A stretch of 64,000 bases of DNA from Entomortierella parvispora E1425 (taxonomy: Eukaryota; Fungi; Mortierellomycota), in NCBI GenBank assembly GCA_020891255.1, contig BQFW01000013.1, positions 558,001 through 622,000 on the forward strand. Direction: 5' to 3'. The position numbers and the translations under genes were made by a program. This document shows, in pieces, positions 1-11,443 of the stretch. Within the stretch, counting starts at the first letter, position 1. Each line of letters opens with the position of its first letter. The notes beneath the pieces are model-generated. The model was not told where the DNA came from. It made no database searches and was given only the letters and a program-made list of their open reading frames with translations.

Positions 1-27
1 AGAGAACTGTAGAGAGTTTCCACTTGC

Positions 28-1020
28 CTGGATTGTGAGTGCAGTCTATCATGGGACCATGAAAGCAAAAAGAAGGGAAAAAAAGCAAAAGGTAGAAGGT
101 TAGAAGGTGGAATTGCCCAGGATGCAGAGATGGCGCAGGTGGTTGCGCCGCTGCCCAGGGGTTGGCTCGAGACAAGGACCTGCAGGGGCGGGCAATGTGG
201 TTTTTTTGTCCTTTTTTTTTTCTTTTTTGTATGTTTGTTCTGTTTTTCTTTCAAGCAGGGAGAGGTTCCTCTCTCCCAAGGGACAAAACAAGCACATGCC
301 ACCCATCTCCCCGTATGCAAAGTGATAAGATGTCCAAAAAAAAGAAGAGATCGGGCGGACCGCGGTCCGAGAAAGCAGGTTTGGTGGCAACTGAGACAAG
401 AGATCCGGTTTTTGAAGAGGGCAAAATAGGTCAAGGATGATCAAGGGGGGGCTGACATGGAGGGAGGGAGAGAGAGAAGGAGAAGAAGAAGGAGAGGGGA
501 AAGGGAAGGGAGAGAGGGAGGTCGTCGGGTGGGAAGGCAGCATCGCATGCTTTGTTCGCAAGGGAGAAGGACGAGGAGGGGGGGTGGGGGAAGAAGAACA
601 AGGTCCAGTGGACTGCACGGTGCTGCAGTGCACCCGTACGCCTACACACGCCTACACACGCCTACACTCGCCATGTCACCATGGATAAACTCATCCTTCC
701 TATCCTTCTTCTCCTGCGAGACTGTAGGAAGGCACAGAGAGGGACAGACGACAACATACCTTGCCAACACCTCCATCCTATGGATGAGGAGACAGAAAGA
801 AAGAAAAGAGAGTTAGTGGCTGGACGAGATGCATGCGTTTCAGAACGAGATGGAACAAAGTGTCATCTCTTTGGGTGGCAGGGCAGGGGGGTTGGGTGAC
901 AAGGACAGAGCGAGAGTGAAAGAGGGGAGCGACCGTCAACGGTCAATGGTCAACGGTCAACGGTCGAGAGGGAGACCAAGGTCGACTTACTCCAAGAACG
1001 ACCAGCTTGTAGAGCATCAT
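28..1020 (-). CDS. ras2: Ras2-type small GTPase, 5' part (three micro-exons; gene continues off the left edge)
   Basis: Exon 1020-991 gives MMLYKLVVLG (donor GTAAGT 990-985). Exon 777-760 gives DGGVGK (acceptor TAG 780-778, donor GTATGT 759-754). Exon 45-28 gives TALTIQ (acceptor TAG 48-46, donor GCAAGT 27-22). Joined: MMLYKLVVLGDGGVGKTALTIQ, the characteristic fungal Ras2 N-terminus with the P-loop. Confidence 0.93.
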
Positions 1021-1146
1021 TTTGCAGGAAAGAGCGAGTGAAGAAGAGAGTGAGAGAAGAGATGAGAGTAGAAGGAAGAGATGAGGGAGATGAGAGGGAA
1101 GGAAGGAAGGAAGGATGGAAGGAACAAAAGAGTGAGGAGAGAGAGC

Positions 1147-1150
<4 letters not shown>

Positions 1151-1234
<84 letters not shown>
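1151..1234. repeat. (GA)n/(CT)n microsatellite upstream of the Ras start codon
   Basis: About 40 GA units with one interruption at 1201-1204, inside a long purine tract (about 1030-1370) that reads CT-rich on the Ras-coding strand. Confidence 0.95.
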
Positions 1235-1237
<3 letters not shown>

Positions 1238-1579
1238 TGGAGCGAGAAGAAGAAGACGAGATGACAGATGGAGTTGAATGAGAAGAGAAGGAGAAGGAAA
1301 GAAAGAAAGAGAGAGAAGGAAAGAAGGAAGGAAGAAGAAAGCAAAGGGAAGAAAGGCAAAAAAAGGGGGCCCAGAGCACAATTCAGTTTCCTCTTGTACC
1401 TTTGCACGGTCGTGAATGGGTAGGTGTCAAGGTGCTGCACTTTCATTCATTCATTCATTGTACCTTTGCTCTAGTGCGTATCCCTCTCATTGCTTCTTGT
1501 CTTGTCTTCTCTGGCTCTTCCTGCTCGGCTTCGCTTGCTGTGTTGGCCCTCTGTCCGTCCGTCCGTTCGTCCGTTCATT

Positions 1580-1625
1580 CATTTTCATTTCATTTTCATT
1601 TTCATTTTCATTTTCATTTTCATTT
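1580..1625. repeat. (CATTTT)n hexanucleotide tandem repeat
   Basis: About 7-8 near-perfect CATTTT units seen directly. Confidence 0.9.
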
Positions 1626-2594
1626 CCATAGTATCCATCATTGATTCAATCGCTCATTCATATCCCATGGTCCCTCTCCCTTTGTTTGCGCTGTCTTTTG
1701 TCTGCTTGTCTGCTTGTCTGTTTGTCTACCTGTCTGTTTGTCTGTCATCTCTGTCTGTTTGTCTGTCATCTCTGTCTGTTTGTCTACTTGTCGGTCGAAC
1801 CACCTACTCACTGGCATTGTCTTTGTCATCCAAACAAAGTCAGCACCATCCCAGACGCGTCTCTCTCTCTCTTTCCCTTCAACTCTGTTGCCTCTCTCTC
1901 TCTTTCCCTCTTTCCCCTTTTCCCTTGTTGTGTTGTTGAAAACACCCGAGGAGGTAAAAAGGAAGGGGCTGGGCACCTTTTTTTTTTTTTTTTGAAAAAG
2001 CTACCTGACACGGGTTTTGGGGTACAAGACGACCGACACCTTTTGGCCCCACCACAGGACTTCTCGATGTTTCTTCTTTTTTTTTTTTGACGAATAGAAT
2101 ACCATTTCCTACAAAAATAATGAACGTCCAGGTACATGATTTCGTCCATGTATTGTACACGTTACACTTTGGGCAGTTTACCATATACTTCTTCCTTTGG
2201 ATGATCAAACCACCCGCTCGTTTCACTGGCTGGTAAGCAACACTTCTAAAAACGTACGTACTTGCCCATGTTTCTTGCCACAAACATCACCACTCCGCGT
2301 CCGTCGTTGACTTTGTGCATGCAGCACGCGTCCTCCCAACCTCGTCCTTTTTTTGCCAGCCAAGGTGGAGTAGACGCTTGGCACCAGAGAGATGACAACA
2401 TAGAAAAAGAAAAAGAGTAACAACAGAGCTTGGCGCTTGGTCCGGGTGCTTTGACCAGGTCCCGTTGATAATTTTTTTTTGAGACGTTTTCCTTTCTGTC
2501 GCTCGAGCCATGTCCCGACCTCGTCCTCTTGTAAAAAAAAAAAAAGAATAAAAAAACGCAGCCCGAAAGAAATGAGGGAACGCACCGTCTTTTT

Positions 2595-2600
<6 letters not shown>

Positions 2601-2672
<72 letters not shown>
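2601..2672. repeat. (GT)36 microsatellite
   Basis: Perfect GT run; a (GTT)n run follows at about 2711-2735. Confidence 0.97.
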
Positions 2673-2673
<1 letters not shown>

Positions 2674-4052
2674 TTTCTCTGTTCATCGATGCCCCTCTGT
2701 GTTCCTCTTTTTGTTGTTGTTGTTGTTGTTGTTGTCTTTCTCTTGTCTCTTTCTCTTGTCTCTCAACGCGTCAATCCTTTTGAGAAAAATGAAAAACTAG
2801 GTCCGGTCGGTCAGTTATGATCGGTCGGAACAGAAAAAGAAAGAAAGAAAAAAAAAAGAGCAAAGGACCCTTTTTTGGCATCTGTCCTCTCTCTGGACCC
2901 GAAGTAAGACGTCTTTTTGGCTGTGGATAACACATGCCAAAGCAAAACACACGCACACGCACACGCTCAAAGAAATCAGAAACCATGGCGTAGATATGGT
3001 TCTCGGATGCTATTGTAGAACACCCTGCCGGAGATGGGAACGACGGAAAGAGCTCATCCAGGACCGTTACAGTACCATGTGCAAAGAAAAAAAAATGGGA
3101 AAACTGGATAGGGACCCCAAAACAAAGGTTACCCTTGATTTTTTGTTTCATCCTTCTAGACCTTGACGTCTGAATCGGCTGTCCTTCACTCTCTGTCTCG
3201 TTCCTGCCCCTCTCTTTCCGACGTCCAAACTCAATGGCTGTTGTTCGTCCGAGTATCTTTATTTTTTTTTTTTTTATCTTTTTTTTTTTTGCATGAATTC
3301 CTCTTGTTTTTTTTCCCACCGAACACAAAAAGTCGGGACCCACACCCAGCTTTGCTGATTGTCGTCTTTTTTTGGCTCCAAAAAGAGAAAAAAACTGAAC
3401 CGGTAAACTAGCAACAAAGAAAAAAAGGAATGGTGCAGATGCCGCGCTTCTCCGACCGTGCCCTCGGGATCCTCATTCATGCAGGGACGCCTCACTCCTT
3501 TTCCTCTTTTTCTCCCTATCCCGTGCGCTCTTTCATGAATCAAGCACACTGCCACAACAATTGACTTTTGAAAGAATAAAGGACCAAAGAGACTGAACGG
3601 CTCACCACTCTTAGTCTACCACTGCTTCTGCTCTCCCTCTTCAACCAACTGGCCGATGGGGATCAGCTTTTTTGGGCGCAATCAGCACAAAACGATTTGG
3701 TATTTTGTGTGGATAGTGCATCCCCCTACATCCCGCAAAGAAAAAAAGGTACCAAAAGTCAATCCAAGATGATTGCCAATTGGATATCCTTCTTGGCACC
3801 GCTCAATAATGCCAAATAAATTTAGTGCAAATCATTAAAAGCACTCGAGGGCTGATGTCGCTTGCAGAAAAACGGCGATTTTTCTTTCTTTACTACGAGC
3901 GCTGCAACTACTGCTAATAACGATTAGAACGGATGGCATACTTTTTTCTTTTGCATTAGCTAGATGGACGAAATATCTGGAGATGTTAGCGAGTTTTGAG
4001 GGCAAAAAGTGTGTATTTTGGGAGACGCGTTTTTGGTTTTGCCCTGTCTGTT

Positions 4053-6830
4053 TTACGTTGGTGGTGGATGCACGTCGTCATGGGTTATCGCCTCTGAACC
4101 ACCCGCTCGCAATTGGGTCAAGAAGGCCCTGGCTTCTTCTGTCGCCCCTGTGGCACTCGTAGCGGTCGTGACGAAACTATCGCTACTTCCGAGTTGTTGA
4201 CCATGACCACTCTGACGCTGCCCCGTCGCCTCCTCCTCCTCCTCCCCGTGCTCGTTCGAGTCCACCTCCTCGTGGGTTTCCTCACTCAAGAGTGGAGAGA
4301 GCAGGGCGTGAGGCGACTTGCGGAAAAGCTCTTCTTTGGCGTCCTTTTCCAAATAACTGGACAACCTCCTCTCCACGCCAGCCCCTGGGCGGTCTGTCCC
4401 TGAGAACGAGGTCCGGGCCGGGGGTGGAGAGGACGATCCTCCTGCTCCACTGCCTGGCAACAGCCCAGCTGAAGAAGTCGATTCTGAGAGGGCTGCCTCA
4501 CTCACGGCGATCAAACTCTCTGTGCCTTCATGCGTCAAGCTCCTGTCTTGATCATGACTCTCCCTTGAAAGTCGCTCTTGTTGTTGTTGCTGCTGTTGTT
4601 GTGATTGTGGTCCATAGCCCATCCCATGACCATCTGCATAACTCTCGTTTGAACTGGGACCCCCTCCCTCCATGACGCGATCGCCCTGTCGACGTCGTAA
4701 GGATCTGGGGGAAGTGGGCGGCGGCGCGAGGGGCAAAGAGGTGGGTGAGAATGAGGGTGATTGGTGTGTGTGAGGTGCATGAGGCGGTGGTGGATAGAAC
4801 ACAAGAGGCTCATGTGCTTGAGAGGTACGATGATGCTGTGCTGTTTGTTGTTGTTGTTGTTGTTGCCCTGTTTGTGCATCCTGCAACTGGTAATCGTCTT
4901 GATAGGTCCCCGAAGTTGACGTGTCCTCCTGGGGTGCGTGTCCACCAGTGCCATCGCCACTGCTCCCACCGCCGTGCCTGCCTCTGTTCCTATAACTTGG
5001 ATGGTATCCCCTGAATTGCTGTTGCTCCAACCGCTGCTGCAATTGCTGTTGATAGCCTACCGTCCCCGCCACTGCCGCTGCTTCCCCTGCTGTTGCTCCT
5101 GGACCACCTCTTCTTCCATCTTCTTCATTCTGAAAGTCATAGCCATAGTATTCATCCTCCGCTCCTGGATAGCCAAAGTACGCGACTGGACCTCCACCGC
5201 CTGCAGGGTCGTCCTGAAGATAAGAAGGGTCATCATACCGCGTCAAGAATAGACCGCCCATACCTGGTAGCTGATCACCCGACGACCTTGGAATCGACGT
5301 CACCTGTGTCATCTCCTTGCCCGTACCTGCCCCAGCCCCAGCCTCGGCCCTGCCAAACGCCGCATACTCTGCCGAGTTCAGCCGGGGCGCGCCGCTCCCA
5401 GAGGTCATAGCCGGCCAGGAATCATAATCCACAGGGAGGACCGCCAGAGAATCGTCTTTGGCCTTTCTTCGCCTTTTTCTCAGCCACCCGACCAAAAGCA
5501 CGGACGCACAAGCCGACAAAAGCACCAACGCCGCCACCACCACCAACGTGACTTGCCAACCCAGCAACCCTCGACTGCTCGGATCCGAGGTCTGGGTCAT
5601 GGGAGGTGGTTGATGCGGATCCGGGATCCGGGTTGGGACCAAAGAAGTCGTCACGATAGTTGTGTAAAAAGTCGTGACCGTCCCATGAACCATGGTCGTT
5701 TGTGGCACTACAGTGGTGACGGTCACCACCGAGACTGTTGTAATGTACTCGGTTGTGTAAGGCGGTATCGTGGTCACAGGTGGGGGCGGTGGCTCAGTGG
5801 TAGGGGGAGGTGGTGAGTTGTCCTCTGTTGTGGTGGTACGAGGAGGAGGAGGACGCGCAGGTGTGGTCGTAGGCGGAGGCGGTGGCTCATTAGTCGTAGG
5901 TGCTACATTGGTCGTCTGGGGTGGCGGCGGTGGAGAGACAGTCGTCGGTGGAGGGGGAGGAACTTTTGTTGTGGGTGGAGGAGGTGGGGCCTCTGTTGTT
6001 GTGGGAGGCGGAGGAGGCGCCTCTGACGTGGCTGGTGGAGGAGGAGGACCATTTGTTGTTGCTGGAGGGGGAGGTGGATTGTTGGCCGTTGGCGATGGAG
6101 GAGGAGGAGGAGTCGACATGGTCGTCGGCGGACGTGGAGGTGGAGCCTCACTCGTCACTGGTGGAGGAGGTGGACGATCAGTTGTCTTTGAAGGAGGTGG
6201 AGGAGGTGGAGGAGGTGGAGGAGGTGGAGGAGGTGGAGGAGGTGGAGGATCGGCTGTCTTGGGGGGAGGAGGAGGACTATCTGCTGTCTTTGGAGGAGCA
6301 GAAGGAGGGGAGTGTGGAGTAATGGGTGGGGAAGGAGGGTGAGGAAGCTGCTGAGCTTTGTTCGAAGGTGAAGATGGGGGAGCGAGAAAGAAAGAATTGA
6401 AATTAGAGACCATAAAGTCCAGAGATGCTGCTGGCGTCGTCAAACGCGACGCCACAGGGAGGGCAACAGGAGATGCTGTCGTCGCCGTCGTTGATAATGT
6501 CGGCGTCGCAGGTGCTGCAGATAACACCGTCGTGGATGTCCCTACCAGAGTGTTCAGGGTCGGCACTGGGATCGGGACTGGATTGATGTGAAAGGAAAAA
6601 AGCGAAAGGGGGTAAGGGGAGGAAGGAGGCGACGCGGCTGCTCCTGCTGCTGATGCTGTTGCTGTTGCTGTTATTGTTGCTGTTATTGCTGTTATTGCCG
6701 CTGCTCTTATTGCTCTTCCTCCTGCTGCTGATGCTGATACTGACACCTCGGCTATTTCTATTATTGATGTCCCGGGGCGTGATGGTGTTGTTGGGGCCGT
6801 CTGGGTTAGGGACAGGGACAACGTGTACAA
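4053..6830 (-). CDS. Proline/threonine-rich single-pass membrane protein (cell-surface sensor-like); 5' end uncertain
   Basis: 925-aa open frame with a Ser/Thr/Ala-rich region, a long poly-Pro run and many PPPP(T/A)T repeats, then one hydrophobic helix (WQVTLVVVAALVLLSACASVLLVGWL) followed by a basic stop-transfer (RKRRRK) and a disordered Gly/Gln-rich tail. The listed start is a non-ATG codon, so the true start or first exon is unresolved. Confidence 0.8.
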   Translation of the reverse strand: MYTLSLSLTQTAPTTPSRPGTSIIEIAEVSVSASAAGGRAIRAAAITAITATITATATASAAGAAASPPSSPYPLSLFSFHINPVPIPVPTLNTLVGTSTTVLSAAPATPTLSTTATTASPVALPVASRLTTPAASLDFMVSNFNSFFLAPPSSPSNKAQQLPHPPSPPITPHSPPSAPPKTADSPPPPPKTADPPPPPPPPPPPPPPPPPPPSKTTDRPPPPPVTSEAPPPRPPTTMSTPPPPPSPTANNPPPPPATTNGPPPPPATSEAPPPPPTTTEAPPPPPTTKVPPPPPTTVSPPPPPQTTNVAPTTNEPPPPPTTTPARPPPPRTTTTEDNSPPPPTTEPPPPPVTTIPPYTTEYITTVSVVTVTTVVPQTTMVHGTVTTFYTTIVTTSLVPTRIPDPHQPPPMTQTSDPSSRGLLGWQVTLVVVAALVLLSACASVLLVGWLRKRRRKAKDDSLAVLPVDYDSWPAMTSGSGAPRLNSAEYAAFGRAEAGAGAGTGKEMTQVTSIPRSSGDQLPGMGGLFLTRYDDPSYLQDDPAGGGGPVAYFGYPGAEDEYYGYDFQNEEDGRRGGPGATAGEAAAVAGTVGYQQQLQQRLEQQQFRGYHPSYRNRGRHGGGSSGDGTGGHAPQEDTSTSGTYQDDYQLQDAQTGQQQQQQQTAQHHRTSQAHEPLVFYPPPPHAPHTHQSPSFSPTSLPLAPPPTSPRSLRRRQGDRVMEGGGPSSNESYADGHGMGYGPQSQQQQQQQQERLSRESHDQDRSLTHEGTESLIAVSEAALSESTSSAGLLPGSGAGGSSSPPPARTSFSGTDRPGAGVERRLSSYLEKDAKEELFRKSPHALLSPLLSEETHEEVDSNEHGEEEEEATGQRQSGHGQQLGSSDSFVTTATSATGATEEARAFLTQLRAGGSEAITHDDVHPPPT

Positions 6831-7912
6831 GGGTCGGCAAAGGAGACTGGCACAGTCTGAAATTGTTACTGGCTCACGATTATGGGAAGGGAGTGAAGCC
6901 GCCAGCTTGACAAAAAAGTTATGAGCAGGGAAGAGGGATGAGGGTGAAATGTTCTGGCAAAGAAGTAAGGGACGAAGATGGAGGATGGGGGTTCCCCATG
7001 GTTAAAAGGGAACGCAGAAAAAAAGTCACATACTGAAGCAACCACTGCCCTGCCAAACAATAGCATCCGATACAATATCGTGCATACGACTGTCCGTCTG
7101 GGGGGACAGATCGTGTCTTGTGGACAAGGACAAAAGGTGGGAACAAGGGGGTAAAGGAGCAACGGACCAAAAAAAAAAAAAAAAAAGAGAGAGAGAAAAA
7201 GAAGAGGTCAAGAGGGTCGTGACAAGGATGCCATGCAGAATTGGGCCACTGCTCTGTCATTGCTCCTCATTCTCCTTTACTGCGATGCTGCGCCCTTGTC
7301 CAAGGAGTTGGTCAAGAAAGGAAAGGAAGAAGAAAGAAAAGACAAAGCCCAAAATAAGGAGACTAAAGAAATATAGTCAAGAAAGGGGACCTCTCAAAGG
7401 TGTGCACAGCGTCCTCGAATGCATTCGCCCACGCTTTTCCAGGAATGACGGATGAGAATGACGGATAGAATGTTCCTGTCGTCAAAGCACCAATGAGACC
7501 ACAATGGTTGGACGCGCGTGATACGCGTTTCTTGTCATACCATGAAAACAAACAAGACTTGGTTAGGTGCCCATTGAAAGGTGCTGTGCCAATCATTGGC
7601 AACATGCTTCTGTGCTATTGCAGAGAAGTCAACCATTGACTGCATGAGAGTTCATCATCTTCATGAACCCACTCCTAGACTCCAAGCTCCTGATCACTCT
7701 TCTTTTCTCAATCTTGATCCAGTTGCAGATTTAGAAGAAAGAGTAGTAATCCTAGGTTATCTGTTGACAAACTCCTGCGCCCTGCGCTACTGATGGCTAG
7801 AAATTTAGTTCGTCTCTGACCGTAGAAGACTGTCGGGGGCACACGATTGAACCCAAGAAAGCAATTGTCGTTGACCATCTATTTTATTTCGAGTTTCAGA
7901 ATCCGAGCATCC

Positions 7913-10900
7913 TCATTCATACGCCGAGGGATCATAGGGTTCCCATCCGTCCTCAGCTCCTGCCATCATGGCAGCAAGCTCCTCGTCATTGTACTCCTCC
8001 TCATAATCTTCGTCATCTTCGTCATCCTCATCTCCTGAATGACCAGCCTCATCGGCTGCCAACGTCCGGAAATTATTTGTAATGGCCGTCAACAGTTCCA
8101 TATCAGGCACATCTCCAGGGTTCAAAGCGTTGATATCAGCATTGATGTCGCCATCCTCTGCGTTATCCTGCTCAGCAGTCTCACCAGTAGCAGGGGTTTC
8201 CCCGAATCCAAATCGACGCATAGCGTCCAGTAGTGACTGGATGTTTCTTCTTGCTGTTGGAACATCAGGAATTTCTTCTGCTGCAGCAACCTCGCCTTCC
8301 GGAGTGGCCTCCTGACCAGGGAAGGCCCCTGGCATATCATCGGGACCCATGCGGGCTCGGAGCATGTTGAGGGCCTGCGTGATTTGATTCAACTGGGCCG
8401 GTTGCAAGGCACCTCCGTCAGCTTGACCAGTTGGAGCAACCCCCCCAGCTCTCAGCATTCTCCGGACAACTTCCTCCAAGACGCTCTGTGCTGCATCACG
8501 GGCGCCTCCAACAACACCGCGCGAGTTTCTCTGGGCTTCGAAGCGCTCCTCGTAGACATTTCGGGATCCTGGTGGGGGCAATGGGTCATGCATGTGCATC
8601 GTTGCCTGCACAATCTCCTGTGGCAAATAGCGAGCCAGGGCGTTAAAGTCTGAAACAAGAACGTGGCGACAGACTCGAAGACTGACCACCCTAGGATCCG
8701 CTACAGCCGATAACCGCACATCAGACTCCAACATTCCGTCCACGCTATAACTTAAGCTTGTGCCGTCCTTTGGTGGCGCACTAGTCAGCTCTGTCATCAG
8801 AGCCTTGGCCTCCAGCAGATCTGCATCCTTGGTATCGTGGAATCGAGTCTTTACGCATTCGGCCACGTTCGCCTTGAGCCATGAAATCACCTGTAGAAGG
8901 TATAGGAGGAGATTTTTTTTTTGAATTAGCTCATGCTGGGTCTACAGCAACAGGTATCTTTAAAAATATCCGCACGTACCTCTTTCTCCTTCCACAACGC
9001 GAAGTTCCTGGATGTAAAGAGATGGATGTAGAGATCCAAAACCTTGGGCAAACTATAAAGCACAGACGCACAGACGAAATGTTAGAGATCCACACGTTTG
9101 ATTGAACAACGTTTTCCATATGTCAAATACGTACTCTTTGGAGGGGTAAAAGGCGGGCTCGCCTGCCATCTCAGAGTCGACACTAAAGCTTCCCTGATCG
9201 GCTAGGAGAGGGACAACAGTGGGGAACATCAGGATGGCGCGCTGCAAAAGTTTTGAGCTCTTCTCATGCTGGTTGCTGCTTCCTCCCTCCAAGGAATTCT
9301 GCTCCAGATGGAATTGTGCCAAAGCGGTCGAATAGGCGAAACTGGGCAACTTTTGGAGTTGGTGTTCATCTTTGAGTCGATCGTATAGACGGAGTAGGTA
9401 CGAATACTCCTGAGCCTTTAGTGCGTAAAAGTCGATTGCGAGAAGAGACCCGAGCTCATCATGTGTAGGGTCCAAGCTGAGGAGGAGCTTGTTGAACTCG
9501 AAAGCTGTCCGCCAACAACCTCTACGGCCAAGGAACTGGATATGGCGATGAATGGCAAGGAAGAAGGATCTGTTCTCGACTTCCATAAAGCTCAAGCGCA
9601 CAGCCCCAGTAGCAATGTTGAATAGACTGTGAAAGCTCTTCTCGAAAGCATAGAGGGCTTGTTCTAAAGACAATGATGAAAAGAGGAGTCATTAAACAAG
9701 GGCTTTTTTTCACTGAGTGACTGAATGAATAGTGATCATAGAGCGACATATTACCAATGAATTCGCCCGCAAGTCCATTGTCGCCGTTGTGCTTGCTCAC
9801 TTCTGAAAGCTGCAATAAACAGTCAATATGGAAGGGACTCTCTCTCAAAAGTGCAACCAAGTTGTTGGGATCTAAAAAAAAAGGTACACAATTAGTGTTT
9901 GTCCTTGAAACAATCGATGCTACCAAGAATCATCAGTGGTCAGAGTTTTCTTTACCATAAGACGCGACGGCAGTCAAGAATTTGAGTTGGGTACGCTGGT
10001 AGTATTCTGAGTGAACAATCTTGAACGTCGTCACATTCTCTTTCTCATCGGTGCCAACAATGTCCATGCTCAATCCAGATGCCTTGCGGACAGGCCATGT
10101 TCCTCTGGGCTGTGCCAACAGAGCCTTTTTAGAAACTTTGACATATCTCCTATCCTTGATCTCAGAATTGACAACGCGTGATCCAAACATTTTTTTCATC
10201 TCTGCGTCTGCATCCAGGAATCGGGTATCCACTGCCAAAAGCTGCTTCAACGGGGTTTGAGCAGGCTTTGTGGCTGTCTCTCCTCCTGCAACTGTTCCTA
10301 GTCTAATGACCATGACATGGAGCGTAAGTCAGCGTGTCTCGAATTACCTATCCAGAACTCTGCATGCTTCTAAGCACTTACTGGCTGTTCATTTGCTGAA
10401 GGCTCTTTTCGAATTCCTCGACAGACATTTCTTCGAGCGATTTGACGACGGCCTTGCCCTTTTTCTTCTTTTTGTTCTTGGAGGCTGTCGAAGGCTCTGT
10501 TGGTTGAGATGGGGCTTTTGGGGCCTTTGGTTCCGCAGTATCTGCATCCAACAAAACATCAAAAGGGTTGGCTGCAGCAGAGGACGACTTTGACTTTTTC
10601 TTTTTCTTCTTTTTGCTGGCGGACGATGTTGGCAAAGTCTTTGCCTACAGATCGAATATCAAAGGCGTGTCCTCGACTGTTAGCTGACGGGTCAAGTGTG
10701 TGGTCGAATCCAGAGAATAACCAAGATCATTGTGTTATATTGTTATATCTTTGTACATACAGGTGCTGCGGTTTCCTGCTCGTTCTCATCCGAGTCGTTG
10801 TTGTCCTGGTCCTCGTCGTCATTGAGCTGGTATCAAAGCGCGCACAAGAGCAGAAAGAGAGTCAACTTCGGTAATGCCTGTGAAACAAAAGATCCAGATG

Positions 10901-11096
10901 AGACTTGCATGGTCTGAATCTATACCAGCGCGAACAGGTTCCTTGCGGGGGGTCGAGAAGGCATGTAGTCCTCCTGATCGTCGTCCTCGTCGTCCTCATT
11001 GTCGGAATGGTGGTTCTCGGCCTTGGTGGCGTTTTCTAGTTCCAGATCCTTTGGGCCTGCGTCGCGCAGCAACTTCTTCATAGCTCTGCTTGACAT
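7913..11096 (-). CDS. TCF25: Ribosome quality control complex subunit Rqc1/TCF25 (multi-exon)
   Basis: N-terminus MSSRAMKKLL (ATG 11096) with a Lys-rich/acidic region. Family-typical segments RFLDADAEMKKMFGSRVV, LLRESPFHIDCLLQLSEV, EQALYAFEKSFH, ENRSFFLAIHRHIQFLGRRGCWRTAFEFNKLLLSLDP and LLRAILMFPTVV-like sequence lie in successive exons; acidic C-terminal tail. Confidence 0.92.
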
Positions 11097-11443
11097 TGCG
11101 GAAGTAAAGACAGGGGGTAAATAGCAGTAAGGTAGGGTAGGCGAGAAGAGCAAGAAGGCAAAGCAGCCAGGAGCAGCGGAATAAAAGAATGAACGAAGGG
11201 GCAATGAAAGAGGAGCGGTCGAGATGTGCAAAGAGAGATGACGCTCCGCCCTTTGGACTTTTTTTTTTTTCTTTCTTCGAGTGACTGTGGGTTGGATCAG
11301 TCCAATCCAGCAGTCGCGAGGTCGCTTTCTTTCCTGCAAGAGTCCTTGCTTTCTTCCCTGCATTGGCTTCCTTTCGACGTGTTGCATTGGTCCAACTCTC
11401 TCCTGGATCCGCCCCCTGTCGACTTTCATTCACGGACAGAACC

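Noticed and set aside
636-759. Internal CTACAG acceptor (722-727) and a 10-nt GCCTACACAC repeat in Ras intron 2
   Set aside because: It would make a 38-nt intron without a branch point and hits a stop after about 19 codons; treated as a chance decoy.
943-1446. 167-aa ORF in frame with Ras exon 1, suggesting an N-terminal extension
   Set aside because: It is open only because CT repeats lack stop codons; the product is (LS)n low complexity, and Ras2 proteins start at or near MxLYKLVVLG.
1038-2800. ORFs reading (ER)n, (FH)n, (CV)n, (HT)n
   Set aside because: These are translations of microsatellites.
5770-6342. Gly-rich 190-aa plus-strand ORF and other long antisense ORFs (14407-15075, 27520-28269, 44605-45141)
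   Set aside because: Antisense shadows of real genes caused by codon bias; no independent motifs.
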